Shown here: positions 20,299 to 30,985 of the stretch, in pieces
Layout: the number at the start of each line of letters is the position of its first letter
How positions within the stretch are numbered: position 1 is the stretch's first letter
Virus record (IMG/VR): IMGVR_UViG_3300041586_000098
Location: 1-64,000 of that record
Origin: a virus
Direction: 5' to 3' (one strand)
DNA length: 64,000 bases
Notes under the pieces: model-generated
What the model was told of the DNA's origin: nothing
The model's input: the letters and a program-made list of their open reading frames with translations, nothing else
Databases searched by the model: none
Translations under genes and position numbers: made by a program

Positions 20299-20508
20299 AT
20301 GAAAATACAAAGCATTGAACTAAAAAACTTTGCATCATATGGAAATAAGATTCAAAGAATAGAATTTGATGAAGACAATGCTCAATTGTTCTTAACTATA
20401 GGCAAAAATGGAGAAGGTAAGTGTCTTTCAAAGAAGACGTTAATCGATATTCATATAGAAGATGTAAATATTAGAAAAGATTTTTTAAAATTTCTAGAAA
20501 ATAAGTGA
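20299..20508 (+). CDS. 46: Rad50/SbcC-like ATPase N-part (41 aa) plus atypically short IntN (28 aa)
   Basis: KNFASYGN; GKNGEGK|CLSKKTLIDI. Confidence 0.88.
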   Translation: MKIQSIELKNFASYGNKIQRIEFDEDNAQLFLTIGKNGEGKCLSKKTLIDIHIEDVNIRKDFLKFLENK

Positions 20509-20514
20509 TTTTAC

Positions 20515-20557
20515 CCATTGTTACCTAGATATATATAATAAACAAAGGTAACAATGG
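20515..20557 (+). promoter_or_regulatory. Late promoter (GATATATA, 20528) inside a hairpin that sequesters the ATG
   Basis: ccattgttacct 20515-20526 pairs perfectly (12 bp) with aggtaacaATGg 20546-20557. Confidence 0.78.
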
Positions 20558-21684
20558 ATAAATTAACACTAGAATACTTGCTATTAAAATCTAATAAAAT
20601 TAAACTTAATAATTTTAAGGAACATGTAATATTAGAAGTGTTTAACCAATATATTGATTCCGATATATTAAATTTACCTAATTGTAAAATTAAAAAAATT
20701 GTTTCTGATTTTTTAAGTGAATCTCATCAATATAATACTAGTAATAAAAATCCACTACAGATAAATTATTATTTAGTAAGAGGATGGACTGAAATAGATG
20801 CTAAACTTGCAATATCGAATATACAAAAATCTAATAATGCTAAAATCCAAAGAAAAAGAAAAGAAAATCCCGAAAATTATAAAAAAATATTAAGTCCGTA
20901 TACTGTGGATTTTTGGATTAAAAAGGGATTTTCAGAAGAAGAATCTATTGATAAAATAAAGGAGTGTAGGCCGAATAATCATAATTACTGGATTAAAAAA
21001 GGATATTCAATATCGGAGGCTGACGCTAAAGTTTCTCTATTTCAGAAGGAAATGTCAGCTAAATTATCAACTAAGAGATTAGAATCTCCAATGAACTATG
21101 ATGGAATATTAACTACACAAACTGAATATTGGAAAAAACGTGGATATTCAATAGAAGAATCTTTTGCCATAGTTAAGGAAAGACAAACTACATTTACTTT
21201 AGATAAATGCATTTTAAAACATGGTATCACAAAAGGTACTATCGTTTTTAATGACAGGCAAAGGAAATGGTTAAAGTCTCTGTATGCTAACTTTGAAAAA
21301 TATGGAGATGGAAGATCTCCTCAAAGTAAATGGGTTAATGATATTAAAATTATCCTAACTAATAGTGGAATTTTAATTCCCGACAAAGAAAAATGGATAA
21401 GAGAAAAGGAAACTAATGGTAAAGGGTACTCATATGATTTAACCGTTAATAAAAAAATCATTGAGTTTAATGGCGATTATTGGCATGCAAATCCTTTAAT
21501 ATATGGCGAAGATTGGATTAATAAAACTAAAAAAATGACAGCATCTGAAATATGGCAATATGATGTAGACAAAATAAAGTTAGCAGAATTACACGGATAT
21601 AAAGTTTTAACAGTATGGGAGTCTCAATATAATAAAGATCCTAACGACGTAATACAACGGATTCTTGAATTTTTAATAAATTAA
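20554..21684 (+). mobile_element. Vsr-like (EDxHD-type) endonuclease between the gp46 halves
   Basis: Four YW.K.G(Y/F)S-like repeats; YDL..KIIEFNGDYWHANP; GYKVLTVWE. Confidence 0.82.
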
Positions 21685-21686
21685 AT

Positions 21687-23606
21687 ATGATTAAATGTAC
21701 ATTAGAGGATTTATACGAATTTAATAAAATAAATGGAGTAGTAAATTCAGGTAATTTTAAGGTAAAAACTAGATGTGGATTAAAACAAATAAATGCAATT
21801 GCGATTACAGCAACTGACAGCATACAGCACCATATCATTACAAATAACAGGTCTGTCATATCATCACCCGATCATTTATTTTTCAGCAATGGATGGAAAA
21901 AGGCTTCTTTATTTAAGGTAGGAGATTCCATTGAAACAATAGACGGTATTGAATATGTTAAGCACAACATTATATTAGAAGACACTGATGATTTACTAGA
22001 TATTGAAGTTGCAGAAATCAAAGAGTTTTATGCTAATGGATTTGTATCTCATAATAGTACTATTGCTAATGCAATAGTTTTTGCTTTATATGGTAAAGTA
22101 GAAGGAGTAAAATTATCTGATCTTCCAAACCGAATTAATAAGGAGTTATGGGTAAGAATTAAACTTCAATGTAAATCAACTAACGTTGTAATTGAAAGAG
22201 GACTAGCACCTGGTATTTTTAAAGTTGAATTAAATGGAATTGAATTCGATAAGGCAGGTAAAAAATCAGTTCAAGATTATCTTGAAGAAGAAATATTTGG
22301 GATTCCATATCATGTATTTAAAAACATCATTATTCTTTCAGTTAATGATTTTAAATCATTTTTAACAATGAATAATAATGATAAAAGACAGATCATTGAC
22401 AAGATGTTTGGTTTTTCTATTCTTAATGAAATGCAAAATGCAATTAGAGAAGAAAGAAAATTACTCAAAGGCGATATAGATTCATTTAGTAGGGAATTAA
22501 TTCAAATAAGTAATAACATACTTTCGGTAAAGGAAAAGCTTGAAATTTTAATGGTAGAAAGTCAAGCAAAAGACAAACAAAAAATACAAGAACTTAAAGA
22601 TACTTTAGTAAAATACAATGATAATAAAAATAAACTAGAAGATGCACAATTAAAAATATCTGAAAGCATAGGAACGTTGTCAATGGATCTAAGGGTTAAA
22701 CAATCAGATGAATCTGATTTTAAATACAAGCTTGCCGAAATTAAGAAAAAGCTTGTATTATATGAAAATAATACATGTCCAACATGTGCAAGTGCATTAA
22801 GTAATGAATTCCATATTGACAGAAAAAAAGAACTTATTAATGAATTAGAATTAATTCCAAGCAAATTAACAGATGCTACTGCTTTGGTATGTAATGTATC
22901 ACGTGATATTAATGAACTAAGACAAAAGGATAGAGCAGTACAGGACAAGGTTTCTACTTTAAATACTAATATTCGAATGTTTAAAAATGAACTTATTAAA
23001 ATAAGAGATTCAATTAAAGGAACAGCCGACTTTTCACATTTAGAACAGATTATAAGCGACTTTGAAAAACAAGAATTAGAAAAAGGTTCATTTAGAGATA
23101 TTAAATCAATTGACTTTGGATTCTTAGAACTGATAGAAGATGTATTAGGTGAAGATGGAGTTAAAAATCTAGCAATTAAAACTATTTTACCGGGATTAAA
23201 TGCAAACATATCATCGATGGTGCAAATTATGCACTTACATTTTCACATAAGATTTGATGAAAAGTTTAATTGTATAATCAACCATTTAGGAGAAGAAATT
23301 AATCCATTAACATTATCAACTGGTGAACGTAAAAAGGCAGATTTTATCATAATTATAGCAATTATTAAGATTTTAAAATTAAGATTTCCACAATTAAATT
23401 TACTATTCTTAGATGAATTATTGAGTTCAGTAGATGCAGATGGAATACATAACATATTAAAGATCTTAAGTCAAGTAATTAAAGAAAGTAAAATAAATAC
23501 ATTTGTAATTAATCACACCCCATTGCCTAGAGAAATTTTTGATGCAGAGGTTCAAATTTACAGAGAAAATGGTTTTTCAAAGTTTGATGTTATTAAAATT
23601 GATTAA
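21687..23606 (+). CDS. 46: Split intein IntC (123 aa) plus gp46 ATPase C-part
   Basis: SPDH block B; DIEV..FYANGFVSHN|STIANAI; CPTC zinc hook; LSTGE; LDE. Confidence 0.92.
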   Translation: MIKCTLEDLYEFNKINGVVNSGNFKVKTRCGLKQINAIAITATDSIQHHIITNNRSVISSPDHLFFSNGWKKASLFKVGDSIETIDGIEYVKHNIILEDTDDLLDIEVAEIKEFYANGFVSHNSTIANAIVFALYGKVEGVKLSDLPNRINKELWVRIKLQCKSTNVVIERGLAPGIFKVELNGIEFDKAGKKSVQDYLEEEIFGIPYHVFKNIIILSVNDFKSFLTMNNNDKRQIIDKMFGFSILNEMQNAIREERKLLKGDIDSFSRELIQISNNILSVKEKLEILMVESQAKDKQKIQELKDTLVKYNDNKNKLEDAQLKISESIGTLSMDLRVKQSDESDFKYKLAEIKKKLVLYENNTCPTCASALSNEFHIDRKKELINELELIPSKLTDATALVCNVSRDINELRQKDRAVQDKVSTLNTNIRMFKNELIKIRDSIKGTADFSHLEQIISDFEKQELEKGSFRDIKSIDFGFLELIEDVLGEDGVKNLAIKTILPGLNANISSMVQIMHLHFHIRFDEKFNCIINHLGEEINPLTLSTGERKKADFIIIIAIIKILKLRFPQLNLLFLDELLSSVDADGIHNILKILSQVIKESKINTFVINHTPLPREIFDAEVQIYRENGFSKFDVIKID

Positions 23607-23636
23607 AGAGATATATAACTAAAAATAGAGATTTAA

Positions 23637-24419
23637 ATGTCAGTATATAATCAAAAATATAATTCCGATGATAGTATTGTAAGACATCTTATTATCGGAT
23701 TTCTTGCAGATTTAAATAACAAGGTATATTTTCATAGACAGATTTCAGCAAAGGAAAGAGTTATAATTGATGTTCCTTTTTATTATTCTATATCAGGTGA
23801 TGATCAATTCCTAAGAGATCAATTTTTATTTTCAACAGCTTCCGGACCATATTGCACACCAGACAAGGAGTATGCCGATGCCAACTATGATATCGTTCCA
23901 AGGGGCGTAGCTAATTTAACTTCTGTTAATATAGATGCATCTAAATTAGTTAACAAAAGAACAGTAGGTAGTTACACTAAATTAAACAGTGAAGGTGCTA
24001 TGGAAGGTTATACTGCTGAATTTGATATGATTCCAATAACATTAGGGTTTGATGTTGAAATATTAGTTTCTTCTTCGATCGATTCATTAAAAATAACTGA
24101 ATCTATTATTAAAAAACTATACAAATCAAATTATTATGATGTAGAGGTAGGACACCTAGATGAAGGCACATATAGAATTTCATCATACTATGCATTTCCA
24201 GATGATTACACGCAAGAAAGACCACTTAATTTTACATTCGAAGATAAGGAGATGTATAAGGTTACATTTGCTATTGAAATTAATTCATTCATTCCTTCAT
24301 TTAGTTGGGGCAATGAACAAGGATCAGATAGTACTGAAAGACATATTAGTAATCGAATGTATAATATTGAATCTAATATTATAACAGGTGGCACATCAGA
24401 CACTTCAATTATAGATTAA
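23637..24419 (+). CDS. 15: Tail terminator/sheath stabiliser (gp15-like)
   Basis: SIVR..IGFL.DLNN..VPFYY pattern; late promoter at 23610. Confidence 0.6.
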   Translation: MSVYNQKYNSDDSIVRHLIIGFLADLNNKVYFHRQISAKERVIIDVPFYYSISGDDQFLRDQFLFSTASGPYCTPDKEYADANYDIVPRGVANLTSVNIDASKLVNKRTVGSYTKLNSEGAMEGYTAEFDMIPITLGFDVEILVSSSIDSLKITESIIKKLYKSNYYDVEVGHLDEGTYRISSYYAFPDDYTQERPLNFTFEDKEMYKVTFAIEINSFIPSFSWGNEQGSDSTERHISNRMYNIESNIITGGTSDTSIID

Positions 24420-24468
24420 ACAATCTAAATTAAAAAGATATATATATAAATAAATAAATTAAAATAAT

Positions 24469-25230
24469 ATGACAACTAATATTCTAGCACCATATATTAA
24501 AGTAGATGAATCTTTTCATTTTTACGTAAATGGAAGACTCTTTGAAATGAATGACATTGAGATTAAGGAACTTGAAGGAACTAACAATTTAACTTTAAGA
24601 AACGCAATTATGGCGTTTGAATCATTCGAATTTTCAAATGATTCAGTAAAATGGTTTCATGGACCAAGTAAATTCGTATATGATTTAACTGAAGGTAAAT
24701 TTCAACATAATACTTCATTAATTGAAGGAAATACATTTTCTATACATGTCCTTTCGGCAGGTATGGTTAGATATAATGAAAAGGCAACAGCCGAGTTATT
24801 TGAATCTCTACCAGTTCTTTTACAAAATTACGTAACTCTTGATTTTGCAGCTACATTTGAGGGAAACAATAATATTGTAAATTTATTTAAATTAAATGAA
24901 GATGTATATGTTGCTCGTTTTAATAAATCAAACAGAATTGCAAAATTCTTTAAAGCAAACAATGCAATGGAAGCCGTTGATTATGTTACTAATGAGACAG
25001 GAGAATCAGCACTTTTCTTTTTAAAGGAAATGGCCGAAGGTCAATCGGATAGGCTAAAGGAAATAGCAGAACAAGTCATATTAAATGAGTCTATGATATC
25101 TTTTTTAAAGGATCAAAAGGGATTACTTGCGACTGCAGACAGAAACGACGAAAATATAAGAGAAGCGGATGCTTTACTTAATAAAGAAATAAAAACATTC
25201 GAAGATAAGATTACAGCATTATACATGTAA
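24469..25230 (+). CDS. Hypothetical late (probably virion) protein
   Basis: Late promoter at 24437. Confidence 0.55.
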   Translation: MTTNILAPYIKVDESFHFYVNGRLFEMNDIEIKELEGTNNLTLRNAIMAFESFEFSNDSVKWFHGPSKFVYDLTEGKFQHNTSLIEGNTFSIHVLSAGMVRYNEKATAELFESLPVLLQNYVTLDFAATFEGNNNIVNLFKLNEDVYVARFNKSNRIAKFFKANNAMEAVDYVTNETGESALFFLKEMAEGQSDRLKEIAEQVILNESMISFLKDQKGLLATADRNDENIREADALLNKEIKTFEDKITALYM

Positions 25231-25259
25231 CGCAACCTATAGTATTCTATTACCATAGT

Positions 25260-25287
25260 AAAGCCTCTAGCAATAGAGGCTTTTTTT
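25260..25287 (+). terminator. Intrinsic terminator
   Basis: aaagcctcta gcaa tagaggcttt followed by a T-run. Confidence 0.8.
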
Positions 25288-25301
25288 GTTTAAATAGTAT
25301 G

Positions 25302-25330
25302 TGAAACAAAATAATAAAAACCCATACAAT
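25302..25330 (+). promoter_or_regulatory. Putative middle promoter TGAAAC-N17-TACAAT upstream of gp55
   Basis: Repeated motif. Confidence 0.65.
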
Positions 25331-25358
25331 AAATATAACTTAATTTAAAATAATAAAA

Positions 25359-25730
25359 ATGGCTAAAAGTAAAAATTACTTAAATAATAAAGACTTACAT
25401 GCTGCAATGAGCGAGTCTAAATTGCTTGGAAAATTAACACCAACTTCAGAAAAAATGTTAATTTTGCTAGCAGAAAGAGCACAGAGAACAATGTCATATG
25501 TTAGTGATGATGACAGAAATGATTGTTTGCAGGCTGCACTATTAGATCTTTTAAAATATTGGAAAAATTTCAATCCTGAATATCCTAATGCTTTCGCATA
25601 TTTTACAGAAATATCAAAGAGAGGTTATGCTAAAGGATGGAATGTAATCCATCCAAAAAAATACAAAGGAACATTATCTATGGATAAGGCTTCTGGCAAT
25701 GATGAAACCGGAGGAATGTATTCATTTTAA
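25359..25730 (+). CDS. 55: Late sigma factor, gp55-like
   Basis: NYLNNKDL, NFNPE..NAFAYFTEI. Confidence 0.8.
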   Translation: MAKSKNYLNNKDLHAAMSESKLLGKLTPTSEKMLILLAERAQRTMSYVSDDDRNDCLQAALLDLLKYWKNFNPEYPNAFAYFTEISKRGYAKGWNVIHPKKYKGTLSMDKASGNDETGGMYSF

Positions 25731-26218
25731 TGTCAATAAAAAATCTTAAACCCACAAAGAATTCAGCATTTCATCAAGGTTATTATAATCCAACTAATCC
25801 TGAAAAGGTAATAGGGCCTCTTCCTATAATATATAGGAGTTCATGGGAATATAAGTTTATGATATGGTGTGATATTAATGATAAGGTATTAATGTGGTCT
25901 AGTGAACCTGTTGAAATCAAATATTGGTCTAGACAGGGAAACAAGGAAAGAAAATACTATCCTGATTTTTACTTTAAAATATTAAAACCAGATGGAACTA
26001 GTGATGAATTTTTAGCAGAAATTAAACCTAAGTCACAAATTCAAAAACCAAAAATTCCAACTAAAATGTCTAAGAAGGCGTTGGAATCCTATAAATTCCT
26101 TGCAGAGCAATATGTCAAGAACATGGACAAGTATAATGCTGCAAAAGAGTATGCGATTAATAGAAGTTGGAAATTCATAGTTTTGACTGAAGATACTATA
26201 AAAAACGGGCTACGTTAA
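25730..26218 (+). CDS. 4: Head completion nuclease (TnsA-like)
   Basis: YRSSWE, WSSE, YYPDF, EIKP. Confidence 0.85.
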   Translation: MSIKNLKPTKNSAFHQGYYNPTNPEKVIGPLPIIYRSSWEYKFMIWCDINDKVLMWSSEPVEIKYWSRQGNKERKYYPDFYFKILKPDGTSDEFLAEIKPKSQIQKPKIPTKMSKKALESYKFLAEQYVKNMDKYNAAKEYAINRSWKFIVLTEDTIKNGLR

Positions 26219-26259
26219 AATAGAAATATATATTACAATATGAAAAACCACTATAAAAA

Positions 26260-26859
26260 ATGGGCTATGTTAAAAAAAGAATAAGTGAATTATCAAGAGA
26301 ACATGGAAGTAAGACTAGAGCAGTTAGATTCTCAGAATCATGGTTTAATGATAGTCTTACGTCCAGAAGCTTAACAGAAGCTCAATATACTAGAAATAGA
26401 TTTAAACCAGGGCAGATCTATGTTTTTCAATATTCTCCAAAATATAAAGATGAATTGCCATGGTTTGACGAAAATCCAATAGTCCTCGCTATTGAAGGAA
26501 ACGGCAACAATGATTGCGGGGTTAATTTAAATCTACTACCAACTCCTGTCAAAGAAAAGCTACTTGATGATTTATATTCAAAAATGAATGCATTTATTAA
26601 TAGCACTATTTCCGAAAAAAAAAATCCAATAAATGAAAAACCATTAAGAATAACATATGATGGTATGAAATCATATTTAGAAAAATATGGATGTGATTTT
26701 GCATTAAGACAATATATACCATCAAGGAAAAAAAAACAGGCAGTTGTCAGTTATTCAAGATGGCCTGAAATTGCTCTATGTAATTTTATAGAACTAAACG
26801 GTACAACATTGATGGCAATAAAAATACAATTTAAAGACTATTTAAAAAGGAATATATAA
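26260..26859 (+). CDS. 2: DNA end protector-like protein
   Basis: PGQIYVFQY.PK..LPWFD..P, GVNLNLLP, RQY. Confidence 0.7.
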   Translation: MGYVKKRISELSREHGSKTRAVRFSESWFNDSLTSRSLTEAQYTRNRFKPGQIYVFQYSPKYKDELPWFDENPIVLAIEGNGNNDCGVNLNLLPTPVKEKLLDDLYSKMNAFINSTISEKKNPINEKPLRITYDGMKSYLEKYGCDFALRQYIPSRKKKQAVVSYSRWPEIALCNFIELNGTTLMAIKIQFKDYLKRNI

Positions 26860-26880
26860 ATAAAACTAATATTAAACAAT

Positions 26881-28473
26881 ATGGCAGGATTCGTCGAAAG
26901 AAATGGACCACTAAGCACAGGAAAAAGACCCTTTGTATTAAGTGATACGCTAAAGAAATTATCTTCTTTTGGTATGTATTATGACGACTTAGTACTTAGA
27001 CAATCACAGGCAATTGGCCCACTTGAAGATGCATATGGATATGGAGCAATGAATCCATTAGGTATGGATAGTGATGATATGTACGGCGCTTTTGCTGCAC
27101 TTTCAATGGCAGACACTACCATGCGAAAAAACGTTCCGTTTTTTGATCAACAATATCGTGGTAAACGAGAAGAACTTAGAAAATTTGCACAGCATGATGA
27201 AATAGAAGACATCTTAGATATCTTATGTGATGAATCAATAGTATATGACAATAAAAATTTCATGGCTAACCCTGAGATTATAGGTATGGAAGTTTCTGAA
27301 GAAGTTCAGAAATATTTAAATAAATCATACCGTGACATTTATCAGTATTTTGGGTTTAACATGGACCAATCCGCGTGGTTCTTTTACAGAAAATGGTTAA
27401 TTGATGGATATCTTTCTTTTGAAATTATTTATAATCCAGAAATGACACAAATTATTGGATTTAAGGAAATTGATCCAATAACATTAGTTCCCGGATATAA
27501 CCACGAGGATGGTAAAAAAATATGGATTCAATTTAAAGACGATCCAATTAAAGAAAGAAAGTTATATGATTCTCAAATTGTATACATATCATATTCTTCT
27601 ATTACAACAGCATCTAGAGTTTCTTACGTTGAAAGATTAGTAAGGTCATTTAACTTAATGAGAATAATGGAACATACTAGAGTTATTTGGGCTGTTACAA
27701 ACTCATCATACCGAATGAAGTTTATTATTCCAGTTGGAGGTAAATCAAAGACTAGAGCAAAACAATCTCTTTCTCAATTAATGGGTAACTATAAAGAAGT
27801 TGTAGATTTTGATTGGGACAGTGCATCTCTGACAACAAACGGTAAACCAATGTTACAATTCAATAAAGAATATTGGTTGCCTAGTAAGGACGGTGAGCAA
27901 CCTGAAATTGAAACTTTAGGAGGCGAAGGCCCTGAGTTATCCGATACTGAATCTCTAAAATACTTCTCAGATAAATTAAAATCAGTTTCTAAAATTCCAT
28001 ACTCTAGATTTATGTATGAAGATGGTGGTGGAGATTTTGCAATGGAAGCTGATGGAATGATTAGAGATGAAATTAAATTTGCTAAATTTATAACTAGACT
28101 TAGAAGTTCTTTTCAAGAAATATTAGTTAAACCTCTTTGGCTTCAAATGTGTCTTAAATATCCTGAATTCAAAGAAGATGCTGGATTTAGAACTCAAATC
28201 GCTCTTCAATTTAATGAAGAAAATATGTTTGCTGAATTAAAGCAAATGGAAATAATGGTAAAAAGACTTGATTTCATAGGTACTATGAAAGATTCATTAG
28301 TTAAAATAGATCCATTAACAATGGAAGAAACTCCATATTTTGACATGGACTTCTTAGTTGATAGATATATGAAACTTTCGCCTGATGATAAAGCAGCAAA
28401 CGAAGCCTACAAGTCAAGAGCCAAGGCAAGGGAAGCAGCTGAACCTGCAGAAGAAGATCCTTTAGCAATTTAA
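26881..28473 (+). CDS. 20: Portal vertex protein
   Basis: RKWLIDG, EYWLP, EIETLGG, KIPYSR, RDEIKFAKFI.RLR. Confidence 0.92.
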   Translation: MAGFVERNGPLSTGKRPFVLSDTLKKLSSFGMYYDDLVLRQSQAIGPLEDAYGYGAMNPLGMDSDDMYGAFAALSMADTTMRKNVPFFDQQYRGKREELRKFAQHDEIEDILDILCDESIVYDNKNFMANPEIIGMEVSEEVQKYLNKSYRDIYQYFGFNMDQSAWFFYRKWLIDGYLSFEIIYNPEMTQIIGFKEIDPITLVPGYNHEDGKKIWIQFKDDPIKERKLYDSQIVYISYSSITTASRVSYVERLVRSFNLMRIMEHTRVIWAVTNSSYRMKFIIPVGGKSKTRAKQSLSQLMGNYKEVVDFDWDSASLTTNGKPMLQFNKEYWLPSKDGEQPEIETLGGEGPELSDTESLKYFSDKLKSVSKIPYSRFMYEDGGGDFAMEADGMIRDEIKFAKFITRLRSSFQEILVKPLWLQMCLKYPEFKEDAGFRTQIALQFNEENMFAELKQMEIMVKRLDFIGTMKDSLVKIDPLTMEETPYFDMDFLVDRYMKLSPDDKAANEAYKSRAKAREAAEPAEEDPLAI

Positions 28474-28489
28474 AAAGACAAAAAAAACA

Positions 28490-28852
28490 ATGAAAACAAT
28501 TAAGACATTTGAACAATTTATAAATTCATCTTATATTAAAATAGACGAGGCAGCTATTGATGCCGGTGGTGATTCACGTGTTGTAGTAGACGATGTTTCT
28601 TTAGATTCAGGTGAAGAAATTAAATCCACTGAAATTCTAGGTGTAATTCTTTCATCTAAAACAGAAAAAGAATTTAAGGAATACTTTTATAAGGAGTATG
28701 GTAACACTGCATTTACTGAAGAAGATATTTTTGCTTTAGTTAAATTTTATAACGATTATACAGCTGAAGTTAATCAAGCAGAAACTGACGCTGAAGAAAA
28801 GAAGAAAGAAGAAGAGGAAGGTGGCACTGAAGACCCACTAGCAGGCATCTAA
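28490..28852 (+). CDS. Acidic prohead core/internal protein (MKTIKTFEQF tag)
   Basis: Between portal and protease (gp67/68 position); tag; C-terminal EDPLAGI resembles the portal's EDPLAI. Confidence 0.55.
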   Translation: MKTIKTFEQFINSSYIKIDEAAIDAGGDSRVVVDDVSLDSGEEIKSTEILGVILSSKTEKEFKEYFYKEYGNTAFTEEDIFALVKFYNDYTAEVNQAETDAEEKKKEEEEGGTEDPLAGI

Positions 28853-28922
28853 TTTTAATTTTTTTTAAATATTATAAAAATTAGTATGATATATAATAGA
28901 AATATAATAAAATAATAAAATT

Positions 28923-30839
28923 ATGACTAACAACTTACTGATCCTAGAAAGATCATCTACAGAATTAGCGTTTAAACAGGAAGGTGGAACCTACGTTCTA
29001 GAAGGTATCTTTGGAGAAATCGATAAGAAAAATCGTAATAACCGAATTTATACTGAATCTGAATATTTACCACAAATTCAGGCATTACAAGATAAAATTA
29101 AATCATCTAAACTACTAGGTGAATTAGATCACCCTCAGACATTTGACGTATCTTTAAAGAATGTATCACATATTATTGAAGAATTAATATATGATTCAAC
29201 TACAAAACAAGTCAAGGGTAGAATCAGATTATTAGATACCGACGCAGGTCGACAAGCAAAGGCATTAGTGGATGCTGGAGTACCTCTACAAATATCAAGC
29301 AGAGCTGCCGGAGCTGTTGAATCAAATGGACAAGTAAAAATCAAACAATTATTTACATACGATTTAGTAGCTGATCCAGGATTTGAAAACGCTGAACTAA
29401 AAAGAGTTAATGAATCTTATGGATTTGTTAATGAAGGAAACGACCTATTTATTTACGAGATAAATAATAAAGATAATAACAAACAAACAATCGAAAACAT
29501 AAACGAAACAAAAATGGCAGAGTCTAAATTTATTACGGTTGAGGATTTCAACAACTACTCTAAATATCTTTCTGATGAAATGAAAACTATCAAAGAAAGT
29601 ATGAATTTATTAACATCAACTGATGAAAACACTTCTCAATTAGAAAAGATTAAAGAATATACTAATTATTTAGCTGAAAAACTAGAGAATTCAATAGCAT
29701 ACTCTGAGTATTCGGCTAAAAAAACAGATGAAAGTATTCAATATACTGAGCATCTTGCAGAAAAACTAGATAAGGGTATTCAATATTCTGAACATATTGC
29801 AGAAAGTGTTGATTCTATTAGAAATTACACTAATTATTTAGCAGAATCATACAATGAAGGAACTACTTCACATGATAACTTAATTAAGTATACTGAGTAT
29901 TTAAGAGAAAATCTAGAAAAAGTAACAGAATACGCTGAATATGTTGCAGAAACAGTAAACACTAACTTATTATTAGAAGACGGAGCTGGAATTCCAGCAG
30001 AAGACTTAAAAGACGAAACTAAAGACGTTACTGTAAAAACAGTTGATGCTGATGGCAATGTAATTGACAGTAAAGTTAAAGATGTTGAAGCTGATTTAGA
30101 TCTTAAAGGAACTGGAGACGCTGCCGGGATTGAAATAGTAGAAGGTGCAGCTGGAATACCAGCAGAGGACTTAAAGGACGAAACTAAAGATGTAACAGTA
30201 AAAACAGTTGATGCTGATGGCAATGTAATTGACAGTACAGTTGAAGATGTTGAAGATGATTTAGATCTTAAAGGAACTGGAGACGCTTCCGGAAAAACAG
30301 TAGACGCAATGGAAGCTTACAAAAATTCAATTACTTCTAAATTAGAAGCTTTAGTTGAAAAGGTTAACGCTAAAAAAACAGATAATCCTTCTTTCTTTAA
30401 ATTTATTAATGAAGAAAAAATAAATGAATTTAATGCTTTATCAAATGAAGATAAAACTAAAGTTACATCTGCAGTTGAAGGTAAGGGTTATCTAACAGAA
30501 GGTCAAATTTTATCATTATGGTCAAATTCATTAATGGGAGCTGTAATTACAGAAAATACACCAAATGTAATTGCAATGATGCCAACTGAATATCATGATA
30601 CATGGACTAGATTATCTGAAAGTAAGAAAAGTCAAATCATGGCTCAATCAAGAATGGCTAAATTAGAAACATCATATCAGGTTGCAAACTTCTGGCAAAC
30701 AAGAGATCTTAGAGAAACTTCACCAATCATGGAAAAAATAACAATGATTAATGAATCTACAAAGATCGAAGAAGTAAAGACAATAGGTTACGATTTGTCA
30801 GATATTACTGCTCAAATAGCAAAAAAATTCAAAAAATAA
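28923..30839 (+). CDS. 21: Prohead protease fused to scaffold (gp21+gp22-like)
   Basis: NRNNRIY, GELDHP, ISSRAAG, DLVADPG; followed by Y.EY.AE helical repeats. Confidence 0.85.
   Translation: MTNNLLILERSSTELAFKQEGGTYVLEGIFGEIDKKNRNNRIYTESEYLPQIQALQDKIKSSKLLGELDHPQTFDVSLKNVSHIIEELIYDSTTKQVKGRIRLLDTDAGRQAKALVDAGVPLQISSRAAGAVESNGQVKIKQLFTYDLVADPGFENAELKRVNESYGFVNEGNDLFIYEINNKDNNKQTIENINETKMAESKFITVEDFNNYSKYLSDEMKTIKESMNLLTSTDENTSQLEKIKEYTNYLAEKLENSIAYSEYSAKKTDESIQYTEHLAEKLDKGIQYSEHIAESVDSIRNYTNYLAESYNEGTTSHDNLIKYTEYLRENLEKVTEYAEYVAETVNTNLLLEDGAGIPAEDLKDETKDVTVKTVDADGNVIDSKVKDVEADLDLKGTGDAAGIEIVEGAAGIPAEDLKDETKDVTVKTVDADGNVIDSTVEDVEDDLDLKGTGDASGKTVDAMEAYKNSITSKLEALVEKVNAKKTDNPSFFKFINEEKINEFNALSNEDKTKVTSAVEGKGYLTEGQILSLWSNSLMGAVITENTPNVIAMMPTEYHDTWTRLSESKKSQIMAQSRMAKLETSYQVANFWQTRDLRETSPIMEKITMINESTKIEEVKTIGYDLSDITAQIAKKFKK
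29981..30290 (+). repeat. Internal duplication of about 162 bp in the scaffold (AGIPAEDLKDETKDVTVKTVDADGNVIDS...DLDLKGTGDA x2)
   Basis: Two near-identical peptide copies. Confidence 0.85.
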
Positions 30840-30985
30840 AAATATATCACAATATTATCAAATAATTAAAGATATATAATAAAACAAAACATATTCGATG
30901 CACAGTTAAGAAGCAAAAAACTGAAATTATATCGAAAACTCGTAAACACGAAACTTAAACCATTAAAAAATAAATTAAAACAAAA

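Noticed and set aside
22562-23209. 215-aa minus-strand ORF and the many other short antisense ORFs
   Set aside because: They lie fully opposite well-supported + strand genes and show no motifs or promoters.
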